Shown one piece after another: positions 8,164-12,072 of a DNA stretch of 12,072 nt (the first letter of the stretch is position 1; each line of letters starts with the position of its first letter). Source of the stretch: Octopus sinensis (Eukaryota); NCBI RefSeq assembly GCF_006345805.1, contig NW_021826811.1, forward strand, positions 1-12,072, given 5' to 3'. The translations under genes were made by a program, and so were the position numbers. The notes below the pieces were generated by a model. The model searched no databases, had not been told where the DNA came from, and worked only from the letters and a program-made list of their open reading frames with translations.

Positions 8164-8822
8164 ACTACAGGCTTATTTCAAGCCCGCTAAAGCCGGCGGC
8201 ACGCTTCGGAAAGCGTGGAATAACACCTTCACCGAAATCCGTCATCCAACGACACCCACAACAGCGTATGGGTTAAGAGGACAGCCTTCCCCTCCGGTCA
8301 CCAGTTTGGGATTTTACGGCTACTTTACTTCCCATCTAATTCGAAGATGATTACACTAACGTTTCTTTCCTTCTACCATTCTACCCCGCTGCGACAGGAT
8401 AATGTAAAAGATCGTCAATCAGTCAGTCAAAGCGAGATGTAGGATTTCTCGACTTTGAAAATCCTTTATTAAAGTTAATAATGAGATGGAATGTCACAAA
8501 CTGGGTTCTCCAAGAAGTGATGGAAAACTAAATTACGGGATTCACTGCGTTATGTTTGAAAAATGTGCGCCAAACAAAAGAGGAATTTTGAATGAGGTTT
8601 TTATAAAACTAATGTTTAAACATCGAATGACTATGGGGTCGACTAGAATAAAATGGTAATCAAAGAGGTTCATTGATTAAAAAATGATTGAGAATCTCTG
8701 CTCCAGGTAGAGAGGACAGGATATTTGATACAATGCAGCAGCGTCCAATACGGTGATTGGAATAAACTTTCAATCCCAAAGTTAGGAGCTACGCCTTCCA
8801 AGGTCTTCTATGTATGTAAGCA

Positions 8823-8826
<4 letters not shown>

Positions 8827-8875
<49 letters not shown>

Positions 8876-8905
8876 GTGTGTGTGTATGTGTGTGTATGTG
8901 TGTGT
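8827..8905. repeat. (TA)n-(TG)n microsatellite
   Basis: Directly visible. Confidence 0.96.
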
Positions 8906-9293
8906 GGAGGTGCATGGCACAGTGGTTAGGGCAGCGGACTCGCAGTCGGAGGATGGCGGTTTCGATTCCCAGACCGGGCGTTGGTGTGTTTATTGACCGA
9001 AAACCCCTAAAGCTCCACGAGGCTCCGGCAGGGGGTGGTGGCGACCCCTGTTGTACTCTTTCGCCTCAACTTTCTCTCACTCCACTCTTACTTCTTGTTG
9101 TACCTGTATTTCAAGGGGCCGGCCTTGTCACTCTCTGTGTCACGCTGAATATCCCTGAGAACTACGTTAAGGGTGCACGCGTTTGTGGAGTGCTCAGCCA
9201 CTTACACGTTAATTTCACGAGCAGGCTGTTCCGTTGATTCGGATCAACCGGAACCCTCATCGTCGTAACCGACGGAGTGCTTCCATCCATCCA
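8906..9293 (+). mobile_element. SINE family C (tRNA-derived), tail type 2
   Basis: A box TGGCACAGTGG and B box GTTTCGATTCC. Shares head and body with 2844-3015 up to ctctttcgcc-caac-ttctctca, then has an unrelated ~210-bp 3' part ending in (TCCA)3. Confidence 0.9.
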
Positions 9294-9394
9294 TATATAT
9301 GTGTGTGAATATATGTATAAATATATATATGCATATATATGTATATATATATTCATATATATGTATATATATAAATATATATATATATATATAA

Positions 9395-9470
<76 letters not shown>

Positions 9471-9553
9471 AATGGATAAATGAATTATCTTGTTACGGAG
9501 TATATATATATATATATATATGTGTGTTGTGTGTGTGGTGTGTGTGTGGTGTG
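9294..9553. repeat. Compound (TA)n/(CA)n/(TG)n microsatellite block
   Basis: Directly visible, with a short unique spacer at about 9467-9500. Confidence 0.95.
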
Positions 9554-9711
9554 TGCAGGGCCTTGCTGTGTGTAAAAGCTGCTTTCCACCGCATAGTTCT
9601 GGGTACAGTCCCCACTGTGTGCGCCTTCGGCAAGTAACTTCTACTATAGCCTCGAGTCTGATCAAAGCCTTGTGAGTAGATTAGTAGGCGGAAACTGAAA
9701 GAAACCCGTCC

Positions 9712-9743
<32 letters not shown>

Positions 9744-9952
9744 ATATATAATAGATTTATGGGTGTCTTACTGACTGTCTTCACAACTGGTGAGGGGGTT
9801 TACGTCCCCATCACCTAGTGGATCGGCAACAAGCACCGATAAAATAAGTACTAGGCTTTACAAATTGTCCTGAGATTGATTGTTCGACTAAACACTACGA
9901 GACGGTGCTCCAGCATGGCCGCAGTCAATTAACTGAACAAGTAAAATAATAA
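9553..9952 (+). mobile_element. SINE family B, full length, with internal (TA)n at 9712-9752
   Basis: gggtacagtcccactg..ccttcggcaagt..ggaaactgaaagaaacccgtc, then (TA)n, then gtttacgtcccc..ggtgctccagcatggccgcagtcaa and an A-rich tail. Confidence 0.9.
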
Positions 9953-9956
9953 TATA

Positions 9957-10127
9957 TTTATTCTTTTACTTGTTTCAGTCATTTGACTGCGGCCATGCTG
10001 GAGCACGCCTTTGAGTCGAACAAATCGACTCCAGGACTTATTCTTTGTAAGCCTAGTACTATTCTATCGGTTGCTGCTCCGCACCGCTAAGTTACGTTGG
10101 ACGTACATACACCAGCATCAATTGTTT
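9957..10127 (-). mobile_element. SINE family B, 3' half only
   Basis: Closely matches 3207-3375 (ttgtttcagtcatttgactgcggccatgctggagcac..ccaggacttattctttgtaagcct). Breaks off at the (CA)n tract. Confidence 0.92.
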
Positions 10128-10132
10128 CACAC

Positions 10133-10201
<69 letters not shown>

Positions 10202-10380
10202 CATATATATACCTCCAAGAAAGGTAGAAGTTGTGAATCCAACCCACTAAGGGATTATATCTATCCAATATACATATAGATATATACATATATACACATA
10301 CATATATATATATGTGTGTGTGTGTATGTAGGGGGAGAGGGTGAGAGAGAGTGGGGAGAGAAGAGAGAGAGAGAAAGAGA
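10128..10380. repeat. (CA)n, (TA)n, (TG)n and (GA)n simple repeats with a short unique spacer
   Basis: Directly visible. Confidence 0.92.
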
Positions 10381-10741
10381 CCCTAAGCGACGGTTTTTGG
10401 CTTTGAACAAATTCAGATTTCTGATTATAAAATATCAAATAGTTAATCACGCCGTTGACGAACGCCTCGTATGCAAATTAGTCTATTCAGTACATCTAAT
10501 TCCTGGCTTGCCTTTGATTTGAATATCAACGAATTCGCTACAAGTCGAGCAAAGAGATGAGAGGGGGTGCTTGTCCTCTGACTAATCAACGAACCATGAA
10601 AAAAATGTCAGGATACTTTCTACATTTTCCTGTGTGAGCATTCATGTTTGTTTAGACGTTTGAAGTTTTCACAGATAAGGTTCAAACAGGATGCAGTTTA
10701 ACAACTTTGAATTTATCTTCGATTTCTCCTAATAATTCATA

Positions 10742-10759
10742 GATACATACGTACATATT

Positions 10760-10795
<36 letters not shown>

Positions 10796-10917
10796 ATATA
10801 TATACATTTCTTTAATACGTACAGGATCACACATCTGTATTACATATTTATATAGGTACACAAAAACAAAAGTCTATGCATATATATATAATACATATAT
10901 ATGTATATATATATATA

Positions 10918-10962
<45 letters not shown>

Positions 10963-11052
10963 TTCGTATGTAAATATATGTAATATTGCATGTATACATA
11001 TGTATGTCTATGTGTGTGGGTGCGTGTGTGTGTGTGTGAGTGTGTATGTATG
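10742..11052. repeat. (TA)n-rich and (TG)n low-complexity block
   Basis: Directly visible. Confidence 0.92.
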
Positions 11053-11145
11053 TCTTAGTAGGTCACCAGTCTGGAAACGAAAGAAAAAGAATTCACTGCT
11101 GCTTGCTCAGTTAGAAAATATCTGACCTCAAATATGTTCGACAAT

Positions 11146-11276
11146 ATACACACACACACACATATGCGCACACATATATATATGCATGTATGTATGTATG
11201 TATGTATGTATGTATGTATGTATGTATGTATGTATGTATGTATGTATGTATGTATGTATGTGTGTATGTATGTACG
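11146..11276. repeat. (CA)n followed by (ATGT)n tetranucleotide microsatellite
   Basis: Directly visible. Confidence 0.96.
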
Positions 11277-11419
11277 TATATTAGTTACAATTACAAAATG
11301 TATTCAATGTGTTAGCACACCTGCAAAACAGAGACATATACAGATATACTTATGTATGTATATACATACATACCTACACACACTCACACACACATATACA
11401 TATACATATACATATATGT

Positions 11420-11631
11420 AAAAATGTGACCGTGTGTGTACCGTTGGCAATTTTTTTCCCTCTGAATTCCCTTCTCAGGATCTTTCCTTCTCCTCTGTTT
11501 CCGACGAAGAGCTCCGCTCGAAACGTTGAACCATACTTCTTCCCCTTCCTTCCTGAGCGTCCAATAATACTATATTTGTTCCACGTCCCGCGTTGTTGTG
11601 TTTTCTCTTGTGCTTTCATGTTTGGATTAAC
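11420..11631 (+). mobile_element. Putative ~210-bp hammerhead-bearing non-autonomous element embedded in TA-rich microsatellites
   Basis: Complex-sequence island between (TA/CA)n and (TA)n. Pyrimidine-rich leader, hammerhead motif, then downstream gagcgt..taatac..ttgtt motifs shared with the minus-strand island at about 5030-5230. Confidence 0.55.
11497..11531 (+). ncRNA. Minimal type I hammerhead ribozyme variant (Penelope-like), core CCGACGA
   Basis: GUUU-CCGACGA-A-GAGC-ucc-GCUC-GAAA-CG-UU-GAAC. Stem I GUUU/GAAC (one G-U), perfect 4-bp stem II, palindromic (A)ACGU(U) stem III, GUU triplet (cut predicted after 11527). U4 is replaced by C. Confidence 0.7.
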
Positions 11632-11633
11632 TA

Positions 11634-11702
<69 letters not shown>

Positions 11703-11810
11703 AGATAGATGAGATAGATAGATAGATAGATAGATCGATAGATAAATAGATAGATAGATAGATAAAGATAGATAGATAGACGCTAGATAGATGATAGATA
11801 GATAGATAAC

Positions 11811-11841
<31 letters not shown>
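11632..11841. repeat. (TA)n followed by (GATA)n microsatellite
   Basis: Directly visible. Confidence 0.97.
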
Positions 11842-12000
11842 GCATACGTATATATCTGCTTTTGTGTGTGTACGTGTGTGTGTGTGAAACGAAATTTGTG
11901 TAACTAGTCACACGTACAAATTGATATATGCTTGTGGGTTTGGGTGTGGGGGAAGGACGAGTGTGTGTTTGAGCATTTAAATCTCAATGACTGAATATAT

Positions 12001-12039
12001 GTCTGTCTGTCTGTCTGTCTGTTGTGTGTGTGTATGTGT
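12001..12039. repeat. (GTCT)n-(TG)n microsatellite
   Basis: Directly visible. Confidence 0.9.
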
Positions 12040-12072
12040 AAAAGAATATTTGTATATCTAACCTAAAGAACA

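Noticed and set aside
8725-11704. Many ORFs rich in YI, CV, HT and CMYV repeats
   Set aside because: They are stop-free readings of (TA)n, (TG)n, (CA)n and (ATGT)n microsatellites and SINE sequence, with no protein-like content.

Overview
AT-rich, microsatellite-dense animal (non-prokaryotic) DNA with no supportable host protein-coding gene. The SINE families look like those of Octopus/coleoid cephalopods; this is recalled, not searched. The window is a patchwork of repeats: about 12 SINE copies from three tRNA-derived families, an internally deleted mariner element (3955-4518), a non-autonomous Helitron (2364-2758), a decayed foldback/MITE-like inverted repeat (about 585-1195) and many simple repeats. 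The main signal not explained by the ORF track is three separate minimal type I hammerhead-ribozyme motifs of the Penelope/retrozyme kind, each with a palindromic stem III: 5099-5134 (-), 5917-5959 (-) and 11497-11531 (+). The 5917-5959 motif sits at the apex of a roughly 140-nt rod-like hairpin whose G-U wobbles work only on the ribozyme strand. The other two share a non-canonical core and a downstream GAGCG motif complementary to stem II. All structures were paired by eye and catalytic activity is untested.
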